From assembly GCF_964355755.1 (NCBI RefSeq), contig NC_092676.1, positions 27,980,871-28,044,870 on the forward strand: DNA of 64,000 nt, read 5' to 3'. The notes under the pieces are model-generated. The model saw only the letters and a list, made by a program, of their open reading frames with translations. It searched no databases and was not told the DNA's origin. Each line of letters opens with the position of its first letter. Within the stretch, counting starts at the first letter, position 1. The translations under genes and the position numbers were made by a program. Shown here one piece after another: positions 8,909 to 23,900 of the stretch. The DNA comes from Antedon mediterranea. Taxonomy: Eukaryota; Animalia; Echinodermata.

Positions 8909-11900
8909 CTATAATTGGATGAAAATTATTTATTTGTAAATTTCAATTTTTAAATAACATATATTAGTCTTAGTGTGCGCCATGTGCAACTAAACTAACA
9001 CGATTCCGTTCTTAAAACGGAATGAATGATTGGAATTATTTTAAAATATCAATTGCGCCCTCTATCATTTAAAACTTTTGAAGTTTTGTTTTTAGCTTGT
9101 TGTTGATATTAAATGGAAGAGGGACAACACACCCTACTATATATTAGTATTTTATTATATTCAATGTTAGTAATATAACGTTAATTAATATAATAATACC
9201 ACTAACTAATACAGCAAAAACCTTAGTAAACACTTTTAAAATGTTAGTTTTGCTCTGTTCAGTTCAAGATTTGATGTTTGCTATAGCCTATTCGTAAGAA
9301 TACATTAAGCTCTGTATACAAACAAAAATGTGTGATGTGCCCAAATATGGTAGTGATATGGCATCATCATATCCATATACGGGCACATCACATTTTTTTT
9401 CACATAAAGTTTGACAGTGTAGACAAGGCTTAAAATACACTGTATATTTATCGATAACACTTACTTGAAGGCCTACTTGTGCGTATGCGTCCGGCCTCGG
9501 TGCAATAGGCATTTCGTATCCGGCTCCTGGTCCCATAGCTCTCATGTTTTGAAGTTGACCGAATCGTTCCTTCTTTCTCCATTTGGCTCTACGATTTTGG
9601 AACCATACCTACAAAATAAAAAAAAGAATGATACTCTTAGACATTTGTCACATTTTCTAACTTGTTTTTTAAGGTTTTGGTTCAACATGTGGTACGATCA
9701 AACGATTATCCTTTATTTTAATTCAGAAAAAAATCCAATGATTGAAAAACTACTTTTAGTTAAAAGTTAAACCTTCGAAATCCTATACAAAAATTGTCTT
9801 ACAAAAAAAGATTTAAAGATGAGACGTAACAGATGTCAGTTGATTCCCGTGTCAGCTGAAAAGCTTCTGTGATCACTCGAGCTAATGACTAAGCTGAAAC
9901 GACTGTTTTGTTTTTTAGAAAACTTGCCGAGTCAGTAAAAACTTGTCGGCTTTGCGCACTTGTTTGACACGAAATGGTCTCCACTTTTTCCTACATATCC
10001 TTGAACTAGAGTGTTTTTGATGCAATCGACTGACACGCAGAAAAGAAAACAAAGTTTCCCCAGGGTGCTAGAGGTCTGTGGGTTAATTAGTATTGTATCG
10101 TTGGATCATTATCTGTTCGTCCAGAATGATTTACAATCCGTATCAAGAGAATTAATTTAGGAACAATTAGGCAACGTTCTCTTAACTTCTACACGTTCTA
10201 CATCAGTAATATTTAGCACACAGCACTTTTCAAAGATGTGGGAAAATATTATACAGTATGCGTCAGGTATGTCCTTGTCACGCAATACGGGGCGCCATAA
10301 TTGTCTACGTCACAACCGCGCCCCGTAACATAAACCAAAAATAAATTAAAGATAAATAATAAAAGATCATATAGTTTTACTTTGAAATGAAACTCTTCCG
10401 GGCAAGATGTTCAAATGATCCCTGGATTAAAATTGTCTCTATGATTAAGATATTTGTTGATATTATCAGTTTAATTCAATAAATATCGTTTTAATTGTAA
10501 AATGTTCAGGATGCCCAATACCTTAAGTGGTTTATGGTAAAGTTGAAATTGAATCCAATAAACTCAACTGTTGAATGACAGATCATTAGCTAACAGATAT
10601 CATTTATGACTTTTCGATCTACACTACTACAAAAAGTCTATACTATAAATAAACATACATTTCCTTTAAAAAAGAAGGGAGGATTATGAAGACATCGTCG
10701 CGCCAAGACACACAACTAAAGCGCGCGCGTGTGTGTATAGTGTTTCATCAGTATTTGTACGCGTTAGAATACAAGGTAACAAACACGGATATTTAAAAAA
10801 AATATTTGTTATAGGTTTTCTGCTATCTATCATAGTTGTAAATCTCATAATTGTATCAAATTTCCATTTATGTATAGGCTACTAAATTTATATTTAAATC
10901 GTTGTTGACCTTAATGGCGTTTTTTTGTAATTGTACCCGCTTTTGGCCTAGTTTTAGGTCACTGTACTATATCTAAAATGACAACTAGTCCCATTGTGAA
11001 ATCGTAAATACTATAGCATGTTGTCAATACCATAAAGTTTAAAACAATGGAGATCTCGCATATTTCTGTATTAAAAACTTTGTTTGAATATGTAAAAGCG
11101 GTTTTTAACACACCACCAAAAAATTCCCTCGTAACTCTTAGCATGTCACTAGTAGAAAAAAAAATTAACACCGTATCACATGGGAAAAGAAAACGTACCT
11201 AAAATTACCCATATGTAACCTTTTGTCCAAAGTTTCCGTCTCTGTTGTACATCATATTCAAGGCTGTGAGTCCCCGGGGAATCGACAAGGGTTACATGAG
11301 ACCCACGGGGAGCTGCTACTGTCTCGTAGCCTTGGCATTTCCCCAAATTTGACGGGGTAGTAATTTAGTATTATGTAAATGTAATTGTATATAATACATT
11401 TATCCGATACTTCATTTACTGTAGCCTACTCTTCAATTCTACTTTAATGAAAATAGCGCCTTAACAATACGGTACAATGTACATTTTTAAATACTGATTT
11501 TGTTAACATAACAGTATAGGTCTGTCATATTTGTGTATAACCTCAATTAATTAGAAATGACTAAAATAACTCACTCTTTTCGTAATGTTTTGTTTCGGGC
11601 TAGGCCCTCTGTAGATGATTGGTTATAAGTATTGTTCTATAATTTTATGACAAAAAATATTTTTCTCAAATATAAATTGATGCTAAAACTAAAGATGTTG
11701 TGTATCATTTATGCTTCAGATGATTGCTCTACAAGTACAAGGAAGCTGTTCGTATACGCGATGCAGTACCAACCGGTGCTTTGGTCCAATTATTTTAATT
11801 AATTCCTTTTATTCTGTGACATTTGGTGAGAAAGTAGGCCTACTGAGTGATATTACTTTCATTCAAGTTGGACTAGAAATATCTGTATACCAAAAAAATA

Positions 11901-14900
11901 TATATATCAAAAGAATTTTTATTTAGTAAATTTAAAACAAAAAAAGAGAAAATAAGGCCTATGCTCTTTTGATAGGAATCAAATTCAAACTAAGAAAATG
12001 TTTTTTAAAATAAACAAGGTGTTTTTGTTGCATTTGTCAAACGCGGCCATTCATGTCTCACTCAGCATCTCAACAGTGTTGAGGAATACAATTATTTTGC
12101 CAGCCTAGCGCCATCAGCATAGTAACCCCTGTTGTCTGCTTTTGTTATCTTACTTCAAAGAAAGTACACTGCAAATAGTTCAATGTCAAATTTGTTTTTA
12201 GAAATATGTTAAGAATATCAATAAATGGACGTACTTGTCAATTGTTTATTGCAATTATGGATTGCGGCATTTCATACACATGCCTACAACTTACTCTAAT
12301 TGAATTTAAATATTTGGAAACCGGTACAGCATAGGATTTACATGATTTTACTAGTATGCTAAAAGTAAAGGAGCCAACAGATAGTGGATTCATTTATTTT
12401 CGTTTGTACGCGCACGTGCCTATTATGATATACTTTATTGTACGCGCGCATACTTATTCTGATAGACTTGATTGTACGTGCGCGTATGCACTCTTGCAAG
12501 CTTGTGTGTACGCGCGCGCTTGTTTTTTTATGTTTATTGAAGACGCATCAAAAGTGCATGAAACAAATATCCTGCTAAGTGATTGAAGTGACCGTTAAAA
12601 TACCCTTCCCGGAAGGAATAAACCAGTGCAATAAAAATGCTAAAGCTTAGCGGATATCCAGGGCGTGAATGTTGACAGGAGCAAGGTGCTGTTACCAGAA
12701 TTATATTATATAATTTATATTCATATACGAATTAAAAAATAAAACATATTGTTGCATAAATACATGTGAATGTATTTTGTACTTTGTTTGATTTGCGTTT
12801 TCTATTGCAATATCTTGTGATTGAATTGCTTTACTTTACTGTGTCTTTGTGAAATTAAAAATTAGTATATAAAATGCAAACCAATATTTGCATATGTGCC
12901 ATGAATACCTTTGGTAGTCGACTAGCCAACTGATATTTACTGATAGTATTGATATTTATTTAAACACAAATTGTATCTAACGAATCAACTTGTCATGGTG
13001 GCGCAATTCTAAGCCTAGAATGTAAAGAATGTGATATTCAATCATTCCGTAAAAAATAGTTGTCTGAAATTAGGAAATTGAGCATTACTTGAACATTCAC
13101 ATACACACGCCCCTTTTGTTGTGTTTTGAAGTGAAAGATTTTAATAAGAATTGTCCTGAAAAGAAATTAGTGATTTATTTCTACTGTGTATAACTCTTAT
13201 TTATATCAATCAGCACGGAATTTTCTGGACCGCCAGCTTCCAAATTGTCGGAGAATTTTATTTCTAAATGACTTTCGCACCCTTATTGCACAGACTCAAG
13301 GCTGTGTTACGGTAATAGCCGCGACACTTTAAGACAATGGATTTTTAATATAACATGGTAAGAGTATTTGCGACTATAAATTGCGGTTTCGTTTCATCTA
13401 ACTTTGTTACTTAATTTTACACATGCTTTGCAATGCCATTTTTTACTTTACTGCGACCAAAAAGTTTGGATAGTAGAACTTAGTAACTTTTTTGCATATG
13501 AATATGACCATGAAACTGTCAAATTTCATAAAATCTCAAAAGTTTAACTACCCATCAAAAAGACAATGAAGGGAAATGAATAATACAAAAAAGTCAAACT
13601 AGAAGACAACAAAATCAGTTGGATTATCCGATGAAAAACAGGTGGACGAGGATTGTGTACAGAAGACACACTAATAATAATGAAATGGTATAATGTATAA
13701 ATGACAATGTAGAAAATATTATACGTTACATCTGTAATGTTTTGCATCAATTGTTACAAATAATGTTTTGCACTTCATTAACTAAGCTAGCATGAACTTC
13801 ACCCTTCACAATCACACGGTTTGGAGACATGCCAGCAATGTTCCTGCAGCTTGCGTGTTTGTGGAGAAAATGTGCGTGTCTGTGGACAAACTTTTCAACT
13901 TTGCGTGTTGTTGACGAACTGTAGAAACAGAAGCGGAAGGCTGGGCCTATCACACAATGGTTCTTAATGATAGTTAGGAAAGAGTTGCGGCAAAACCTGA
14001 ACTGGAAGGGATGCCCCACCTTGCGTGTTTGTGGAGAAACTCCACGTGTTTGTTGACGAACTTAAATGGCCCAAATTAAACAAAACCCAAAACTGAAAAA
14101 TGGAAAAGAGTTTTATAGATAGAACTTGAAATGCAGGAACCTTCGTAAGCTCTTTCCTTTTCAGCTGTTAGTTTCATCAACATTTTTGACAACATTTTTC
14201 GTACCAAGTTCCCATAAAGCACCTGTTCGTTCCCATCATTCAACGGGTGCTTGTTCCTCTTTTCTGGGGGTTGAATTCACGCGGGAAAGATTTGATGAGT
14301 TTTTATGTCGGGTCTGTTCAATTGTATCTCACACATCATTTTATCATAAACCGTGAGAAATTACAACACATCCACAAGTGATCTACAAACATTGGTCTAC
14401 TTTTTTATACAACGATGGCCTATACTTCTTTTCTTTGTTGATTTTCAAGTTCAACGCCTAACTCATGATCATGTATAGGCCACTTATCAAACATACAGTT
14501 ATCAAATACATTTTTTAATCTTTAATTTTATAATCAAGTAAATTAGTTTTTTTGCACAAATGTGTTAATATTTATAATAAAAGTAAAATTAAATAATACT
14601 TGAAGTTGATTATAAATGGAATAGAAAGAAAGTTTGCGCTTTACACACTATGCTTAAACTATGCTTGAATGTCTCGGGGTTTCGGTTGTCTAAAAACGGC
14701 TCACTATGGAGAGTATCAACAGAAACATTGAGATATTCACAACGTTGCTTTCCTTTTTGAGAATCACATGGTGTACCGCAAACTTTACTTTTAACTAGTG
14801 TTTATTCGTCATGCGAACCATGCACTGAATCTTAACTAACGAATACAAGTTGTAGGCATACTATGAAGGTCCTGCAAATTGTGTGTCGGTAAACGTTTTG

Positions 14901-17900
14901 TTTTCTAGGTTTTCTCAATTAAGAATCGTGTTTAAACAATCAACCCAGACGTTCTCCGAGGAGCAATTAACTATGGCCGGTTTTCCTATCAGGGGTAACA
15001 AAGTGTCCCACAGAGGGGTGATCACTAGCACGGTCTTAAGTCATATTATGGTGTTAAGAATTTGTTGGCGTCCTCGGAGACTGTTACTAACAACAGGCAC
15101 AGCGTATGAATCAAAATCATCAAGAAAGGGAACGCTTTGATATAATTGTCGGTAAAAATATCAAAGAAATTACACTCCACAAGTGTGGAGGTTTACCTTC
15201 AAGAGACTGAGGTGTTGAATTTAGTATGGTTAACCACCATTTCTCTAGCAAATTAAAGCTAATAAATTGTATGCAAAAGGAAACAACGTCAGTAAGTTGC
15301 CATATTTGGACATCAAGGTGTCTTCCTAAAACATCGGAGCTGGATGAATGTCATCTATTTCACGAGTTGATTCATCAACTTATTTACCACTTCGTTAAAC
15401 CCAATGCCTAACCTATTCAACCGTAGCTGATATTACATCAAAACATGGACTAGTTTCCATATATGTGCATTAAGATCAAAACAGTACCAGACCTACATTA
15501 CCTAAAACAAAATAATGATTAATTTGCTAAATAACCATTATCATCATCTTTCCCAGATGTGCAAAATAATAGTGTACATTGTGGCTATTGAAATGGTTTT
15601 AAATGCCTATTTATACTCCAAATAGCTCCCAATTGCATTCAAGATTGATGGAATCAATTTTGGAATTGATCCGGTTATTGGTGAAACGATAACCATTGAT
15701 TTTTCCCAACAGGTCAAATAAATGGTCTTGAGTACTTCCTTAATTGTACTAAAGATCCCAAAAGTGGGATAAATACAAATCTATATTGGCTAATACGTAA
15801 GTAGCTATCATATACAGGCGCCGATTGAATACGTTGATTCCGTATTCAGTATCTGGTAGGCCTAATTTGGTTCAAAATATGAATATTTACGCTAAACAAA
15901 AATGAAACCACCGTAGTCCCTAATATTTCTGAATATTATACAGTACTAACAAATTATTCATGTTCAATGTATTACCTGTAAAAAAAATACTTCGTGAAAA
16001 AGCATAAAATATATTACTCTACGTACAGTGTTTATAGTAAATACCATTAATGGTAATCCACAGAATGTACACATTGTTAATACTCTGAAATAAACATTAG
16101 TATTAAAATACACCTTGTATCATATAGGGAAAATTCGATTGATATAGTTACATAATCCTAAAGACACACTTACTATTTTACACACACTAACAGCATATTT
16201 TCATATTGGGTCGTGCAGTATAGGCCACATTGTACACCCCTTAGCAAACACGAATTCCCCAATCCTTGAAAGCAGTCATTTTTCATTACTGATGTCAATT
16301 AAGGAAATAAGAGCTGACAAATTAGTGGAAGAGATCCCGCCGGCTGCAACTTAACAGCCATTCAACAGAAACGTTTTCAGTATTTTGTAACATTTTCTTA
16401 TTTTATAATAGAAAGTATATACATAATTTCAATATGTATCGCGTTAAAGTTGTCCCTTTTCTATTAAAACGATATATCTCTATAATATTGCCAAAATAAT
16501 AACAATAATAATATTTGTTTTGGTACAGTAAAACTAAACAAACAACTAGGCCTAAACCTAAACAGCCTCTAAGGCCCACATTAAAATATAAACATGTTAT
16601 GAGATATTTTACATGTAGAACAATGGTAAAATTAAACAAGCAACTAGGCCTAAACATAAACAGCCTCTAAGGCCCACATTAAAATATAAACATTTTATGA
16701 GATATTTACATGTAGAACAACGGTACTAAAAAAATATTATTATATAAAAAATATATGTGGCCGAGTCCTGGATTTTGGTATCTGGCGGTTGTTAGCAATA
16801 TCCCAGGGGATGACAGGGGTCCTACGGATCAACTGACAGCTGTTGCGTTCGGTCAAACAAATAGCATGCCTCACTTAATGTTTTCATGTTCCTGTAATTG
16901 TTACCAACACAAATTTTAAATTAAAATAAATATTTTATTTTTGTAAAAATACTAAATGACAATGTTAACGTTTAACCAAGATTTATTATCAAAACAATTT
17001 AGGTTTGAAAAATCTTCAGAATATGGATTGATCAAACTTTGATTATATTTTAAATTGTTATTAATTGTTTATTTTTTTAATCTTTTTTGAATCTTCACGG
17101 TGAACATAGTTAACATATTTAACATTATAAATAAATAATACTAAACTATGAGGTATACCTACGTAGGCCTGGTATATGATATCATTTAAAAGAGAATTAT
17201 ATTCGTTGTCGACAACTGGATTGACTTTTGTTTTTACAAACTTCTGTTTAAGTTAAAACTTCTATTCTAACGAAGTATGTATAACTTGTTGAACTTTCAC
17301 AATTCTATCATTTCAAAATGAACTGAAAACATGTGTTGTTATAAATTATTAAATATGTTTTTATTTTGTTTATTCTTTTGAATTTTATCTTATTTTAAAA
17401 ACCTGTGTCGAAATTTCTAGTAGGCTATTACAAATGTTTACTTGACTTTACGTCTTATGCGTTAGAAGAGGTTGTGTTTTTGTAAAGTTATAGTAAAATG
17501 TGTTTTATTTTGATCATTAAAGTTTTTTTGATCTTTTAAAAACCTGTGTCGCAATTTCTACTCTATCTAAAGAAATGTTTTCTTGAATTGGCGTCTTATG
17601 CGTTAAAAGAAGGTGTTTTTGTAAAGTAGTAAATATGTTTTATTTTGTTCATTTCTAATCGTATAAGCACAGGAATTTTAACACGGAAGTGCGTCTTATA
17701 ACCCCGTCAGTTACTACACTGTTTCTTTCTAAACAAGAATGCAAAAATATACGACTATTCTAAATCTAACTGCGAGGAAGTATAATAATAATTTTAAAAT
17801 AAACTTTTGGTCATAAACAAATATGCATTAAATGCAGAAAAACACTTTTAACAATTAAAAAAACATGATTGCTTTATAAACTCTGCCACTAAACATCAAC

Positions 17901-20900
17901 GTTGTACAGAACATTATCTTGAAATAAGTACAAAAAATATAATAATCATTTTATAAAACATGAAATACAAATTAAAAAACACGTTTATATATATAAATTT
18001 AAATTGTTTTAAATAAAGACAAGATTGAACTTTCTCATAGTGAATATCAAGATGTCCTCAATATCTTCATTTCCGGTAATATGTATCTTATTTTGTGTCA
18101 TTATGTCAAATATTTTCATTTTAGCCTATATTAAATGTTTAGTACATCTGTTATGCGATTTATATTTATTTATTTATTTATTTTTTATTTTATTTAATTT
18201 TCAGGCAAACATACATGACAACACATTTCTTATTATTCAAGATATTAGGCCTAGACCCTCTGCCATTGCAGAGTCCATAGAGCTTAGACCTAGACCCTGT
18301 CATTGCAGGGTCCATAGAGCTTAGGCCTAGACCCTGTCATTGAAGGGTCCATAGAGCTTAGGCCTAGACCCTGTCATTGCAGGGTTTATAGAGCTTAGGC
18401 CTAAACCCTGTCATTGCAGGGTCCATAGAGCTTAGGCCTAGACCCTGTCATTGCAGGGTCCATAGAGCTTAGGCCTAGACCCTGTCATTGCAGGGTCCAT
18501 AGAGCTTAGACCTAGACCCTGTCATTGCAGGGTCCATAGAGCTTAGGCCTAGACCCTGTCATTGCCGGGTTCATAGAGCTTAGGCCTAGACCCTGTCATT
18601 GCAGGGTCCATAGAGCTTAGGCCTAGACCCTGTCATTTCAGAGTCTTAAGTGACTTGCATTCTCTGATATATCAAAGTCATGATTTCTACAGCTATATCT
18701 TTCCTGTTCAAATTTAAAATAACCATTTCACCAAAACACATGAATATGTTTCATTATAAACTCCAGAATTACTTATCTTAATGATTTAGACCTATATACA
18801 TATAAAACACGTTTTCATAAGATCATAAGCTCACAAATTAAACCTTTTAAAAATCTTCAGTTAAGTCAATAATTATTATTATGATAAATGTGACATTGTC
18901 AAGGTAATAATTTATATACATTCCAGGTTAATATTTTCTTCTTTATTTTATTTAATTGTTGATATTAAAACAAACCATTATTACAGTACGTAAATAATAT
19001 TTTTATGGCCATTTTTTTTTTCAATTTATGTTTCTTCGGCCTCATACAACAATATGTCATAATATTTAATTTTAATAGCACATAATTGTTTAAATCATAT
19101 TCATTGTTATAATTGTTTCCATAATTTATCTTATCATAATGAAAAAATTTTAAATATTAATATCATGACTAAAAATATTTAATTAATCATAGGTCATATC
19201 ATTTTGAACAAAAGCTTTTTAAAAGCATAATGTGTGAGTATTTGTCATCAAGCCTGCATCCTGTGTCCATGAAATCTTCTTAGAATAGTCGAAATTTTCA
19301 GTGTCTCGTTTCCGAAAGACTCATACAAATTCAACAATAAAACTTCAAACGCAGAAATATGTAAAACAAACATACTTTTAGTATTTACGAACTAATTTTG
19401 CTGACTGAATATTTTGCAATAGGCCTACAAGGAACACCATGCTGAAACCAACAAGTTTATAATATCCACCAAAAATAATTAGGCCTAAATCTGCAATTAA
19501 CTCATACTTAAAAAAAAAAAACCCAATGATATTTAATACTTGATCGGTCATAAGCGCGATCAAAAATACATACGCGCGCGGTCAATTAATGTTGCTGACG
19601 CGCGTGTACGGGCGTCACGAGTAGGCCTATTCGATTTAAATAATATACATTTTTTTATTATATGATTGTAAGTGTTTCAGTTTGAAACATATAGACAATC
19701 TTTAGACACTTTGCGCCTGATGATAAAAATACTAAACGAAACCAACTTGAATGGATGAACCCAATTTAAACTTGTTTAACTCGAGGAACATTTCAATTTA
19801 TATTTTATTAAATCATGGTATTTCATAACAGTTAACAGAATCAACCCAATACTTGTGATGTTAACTTCATTCGGAAGCTTTCGATTTTTCTATTAAGCTA
19901 AAGATCTTATCACTTTCGGTTCCGTTTATATATATATAAAAAAAAGTCAAAAGTGAAAACAAGTTTTACCTGAACGCGAGCTTCTGTCAAATCACATCTT
20001 AGCGCCAATTGTTCTCTACAATAAACGTCTGGGTAATGCGTCTTCTGGAAAACTCTCTCCATCTCTTCTAATTGAAAACTTGTAAATGTTGTCCTGTTTC
20101 TCCTCTTTTTCCTTTTTGTTCCATCATCGTTACAGTCTCCATTTGCATCTTTTTTATCATTGTCCGTTTTATTTTCATCTTTATCATCTACGGATTTGTG
20201 ATCATCCATATCGCTAACTTTGTCCGGTGTTTCTGATGGACTTAGCGTCGACGCTGTCATATCTTTTGTTGGGCTAGAATCTACCGAAGATACGAGGGGA
20301 GAAAAAATACTGTGTAATCTCATCTTAGATCAATCAAAAAAGATAGTAATCAGAAGTTATACTTAAGAAGATTTGAAAGTCAGGTAAACACACTGTAATG
20401 TGAGTGAATGGTAGAAAGAAGACAAGTCTTTTAAAGTCTCCAGTATAGGCGTGGTTTCAAGGAAGAGGAACCCGTTATTGACGTTTTACAGAAGTTTAAT
20501 TTAAGAATGGAATTAACTGATTTCCAGGTAATCTGAAATCCGTCATCCTAGCTAAGACCAACCCAAAGGTGGACTCGGGCTAACTTTTATCTCATTAACA
20601 CAATTAACACAGATCGTGTTTAAATAGTTCAGCAACAATTTACTTATTCCACTGGTAATTAGTAATTAACCCACGTGATTTGAAGATGCCATTACAATGC
20701 AAATTGTGAAAGTACAATGAATGAGAAATCAACCAAACTTACAACATAGACAATTACTGCAGAATACATATTGAAAACAGCACTGAAACAGTAATGTTTT
20801 ATATTGTATAAAAATAACTTGGTTTTTTCTGGTTACTCTGGACTTTTATAAGTAAATTCGACCTCAGATAATTGTAAGCCTCTCTTTCAACGAAGAAAAG

Positions 20901-23900
20901 AAACTCACACAGAAAACAAGCATATTCAAACGCCATCATTGTTTTATCAACTTTTGAACGCGCGCATTTTTCTCTATGTAGACAATTTTTTAAATGTATG
21001 TAGTTAAAAGGTTGTTAAAATCTTACAACTGAATAAACCCAAACACGACCTTGAAATAAATTAAATTAATATCGTCTATTCATTTGTGAAAGTTTTAATT
21101 TTCAAATAAAACAGGATTCTTGCAAACACGAATGTCCTTTCTTTGAACTTAATTTTGGAAATGTTCATCTTTGCTCCTTTTGACAATAAGCGGATCTTAA
21201 AATAATGATAATTGATACTGATGACAATTACTACATCGACGACTTCTTAGAAGACCTTATTGGTCGTAGTAATAATAATGATGGAGTTGGTATGCATTAA
21301 TGACAATGATGATGACAGATGATGGAAATCAGCAACGATTGGCAAATGAATATGATGTAATATGTTTAATGTTAACATTCAATGTATAAGACATCAATAC
21401 CATTTTGTATAGATGCAAAATATAAACAAATCATATTTTGCATTATAAACTTAAAATATATATGTTCCATTATATGTTTTACGTGCACATTTTTAGTGGT
21501 CATCTCTTGGACCAGATAATTACCAATTGTGAGCATATGTATCGGAAAAATCATTCTTAGTTTATTAGAATACACAGCTGTATGTATAGAAAATGGTAAA
21601 AAGTCATAAAAAAAGACGAGATAAAAAGGTGCATGTTATATTGAAACCCTTATCATTACCAAGAGACTCACACGCTTCATCCACAGGACGTACAAGTTCA
21701 AACCATCTACAACATTGGTTATTAATTTAATGTCGTAAATGTTAGAAATGGTAAGTAATAGATGTGTCATAAAAAGAGCATAGGCCAAAAACTGTTCAAC
21801 GTTATCAATACACTGACACTTTTTAAGAATCCATAAGGGACAATTATAGCTAGTGTAGATATAAAACGAACAGAGCAACGTCAAAAAATGAATAAAGGTC
21901 CCAAGTGATAATTTATTAGCAGAAACTGATGTATGAAGAACAAATTGTTTTCGGCTCTTGACCTTTCTCTCTCTGCTCTTGACCTGTCTGAGGTGTTAAA
22001 TCTATCACGTTGAATTTATTAAGATCAAAAATTGTTGGTTGAATCCGCATCAATGTAAACTTCAAACGTCAGTTGTTAGTGGCCTATTGAAATCATTCGT
22101 TGGAAAGTTAAGACTGTCAAGTCTGTTTCTTTACCACTTCAGTCACTCGGGCTTCGCTTCCCCTCCCAACTGTGCACAACTCATATCTAGATTACATGTC
22201 CCCTATGGCTCAAATAGGACCCCCTCCCCCGTTTGCCAAACTGCTGACCCGTATTCCTTAAACATAGTGTCCAAATCTTTAGTCATACTCTTGGTTTTTA
22301 TAGTTCGTGGTCAAAATACAGGTCTCACTAAAATTAAGTTACATGTTCTACATTGCAGACCCTCAATTATGTGTCAAATATTACATGCCTGCTTTAATTT
22401 TAAATGGTAAAATATCAGTCTTAGATTATAGATCGAGACTTACTAATTGTCATTAGACTAATAATAGAGGATACTTCAGCGTTTATCTTTAAGAAATGAC
22501 AACCAATTTTAACACGGCATTGAATATCTTTGAATAACTTTTGGTTTGTCTGTATGTATGTCTGTCTATATTAATATATTTATGCCCAGGTTTGGTATAA
22601 AACTACATCTACAGTCTAGTATTACTCTTTCTAAACTACACAATATTGCATTATTGAATGACATCCATTCTGCAATCACTGTGTTACAACAACAAATACA
22701 ATGTGTCAACATGACGTTGGAATATTTCAAATGACCCCTTTCGTCGCTTCTATTGTCTTTTTATTAAGAGAATACTACAACGAGAACGATAGAAGATTAA
22801 CAATATTATATTTACGTAAATGCAAATTTATTTTTTTTTCTCTAAAACATTTTTAATCTCTAAATATGGCTATTAATTAAACAATCTTACCGTTTAAATC
22901 TGTCGCAAGTATAGAATTACTATCACTATTAGTGTCGCTAACGTTCCTTAGGTCCGCCGACGTCCTATCCAAGTATAAATTCATTAAATTTAACATAGTG
23001 AACAAATTGTTGCTACTGGTTGTAGCCACAAGAAATTAATTACTGCCGAATACAGATGGAGAATCAATAAGTGGCGTCCGTTCAGTAGCCGTTGGCAAGC
23101 TTATATGTTTTGTGAACTACGACCCCACTGCCATTACGCCTCAGCGCCGAAGTATCACTTCGTCCGGTTCCGTTTACTTTGTAAGTGTGTAACGTGTAGG
23201 TGGCGCTTTTATTTGCAAGACTTTCATTAAGAAATAAATTAAAACTACTTTTCTATAAGATTTAAAGAAAAATCGACGCGTAAAAATTAAATAAAACATT
23301 TGGAAAAAGATAAAACACATCATTGTATACATTGTGGAAGAATACAGGTAATTAAAAATCATGTTATGATGGTAAAGAAGTGTAATGAAATTTGTTTTGA
23401 AACTGTTTTTTAAAGTTTGCAGACAATGTTTTGGCTTTTGTCCCTGAAGTACAGCGTTGCTCAATGGTAAAGGAAGATAAGGTTAGCAGCGGATTAGTAC
23501 GTCCTACATTAATTGGGTGGGATATTTTTGGCACGCTAGGGCTTGGGCAGAAGTAAAAACATCCTTCTAAGGCAGGGTAAACGGAAGTACACACGGACGG
23601 CCTGTGATGCTCAACTGGTTGTACAGACACAAAATACGGAGGCCTTTTGTATGTTTGTAGGTCAATCACAAATTCATGTCGCCGCAAGAATAAAATTCAT
23701 GTTTACACTTTACGCCAATCATACATCCTAATATAAAATTACCTATGATATTATCCATAATTGAATATTTATATATATAATTTGTAGGTCCTGTAGTAGT
23801 GATAATAAACCTATAGATTCCATATATCTTTTATAATTAATTGTAATTAATATGATTTGCGGTAATAAACATATCTGTCTGCACGTAGAAATTGCACAAA

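Noticed and set aside
9465-9770. + strand ORFs antisense to the Alx exons 3 (also 51630..51920), similar to each other
   Set aside because: Their similarity ([36 protein letters not shown]) is the shadow of the conserved sense exons.
18245-18645. CRISPR-like array (37-bp unit with hairpin)
   Set aside because: Units abut with no unique spacers, there are no cas genes, and the context is a eukaryotic intron; it is a minisatellite.
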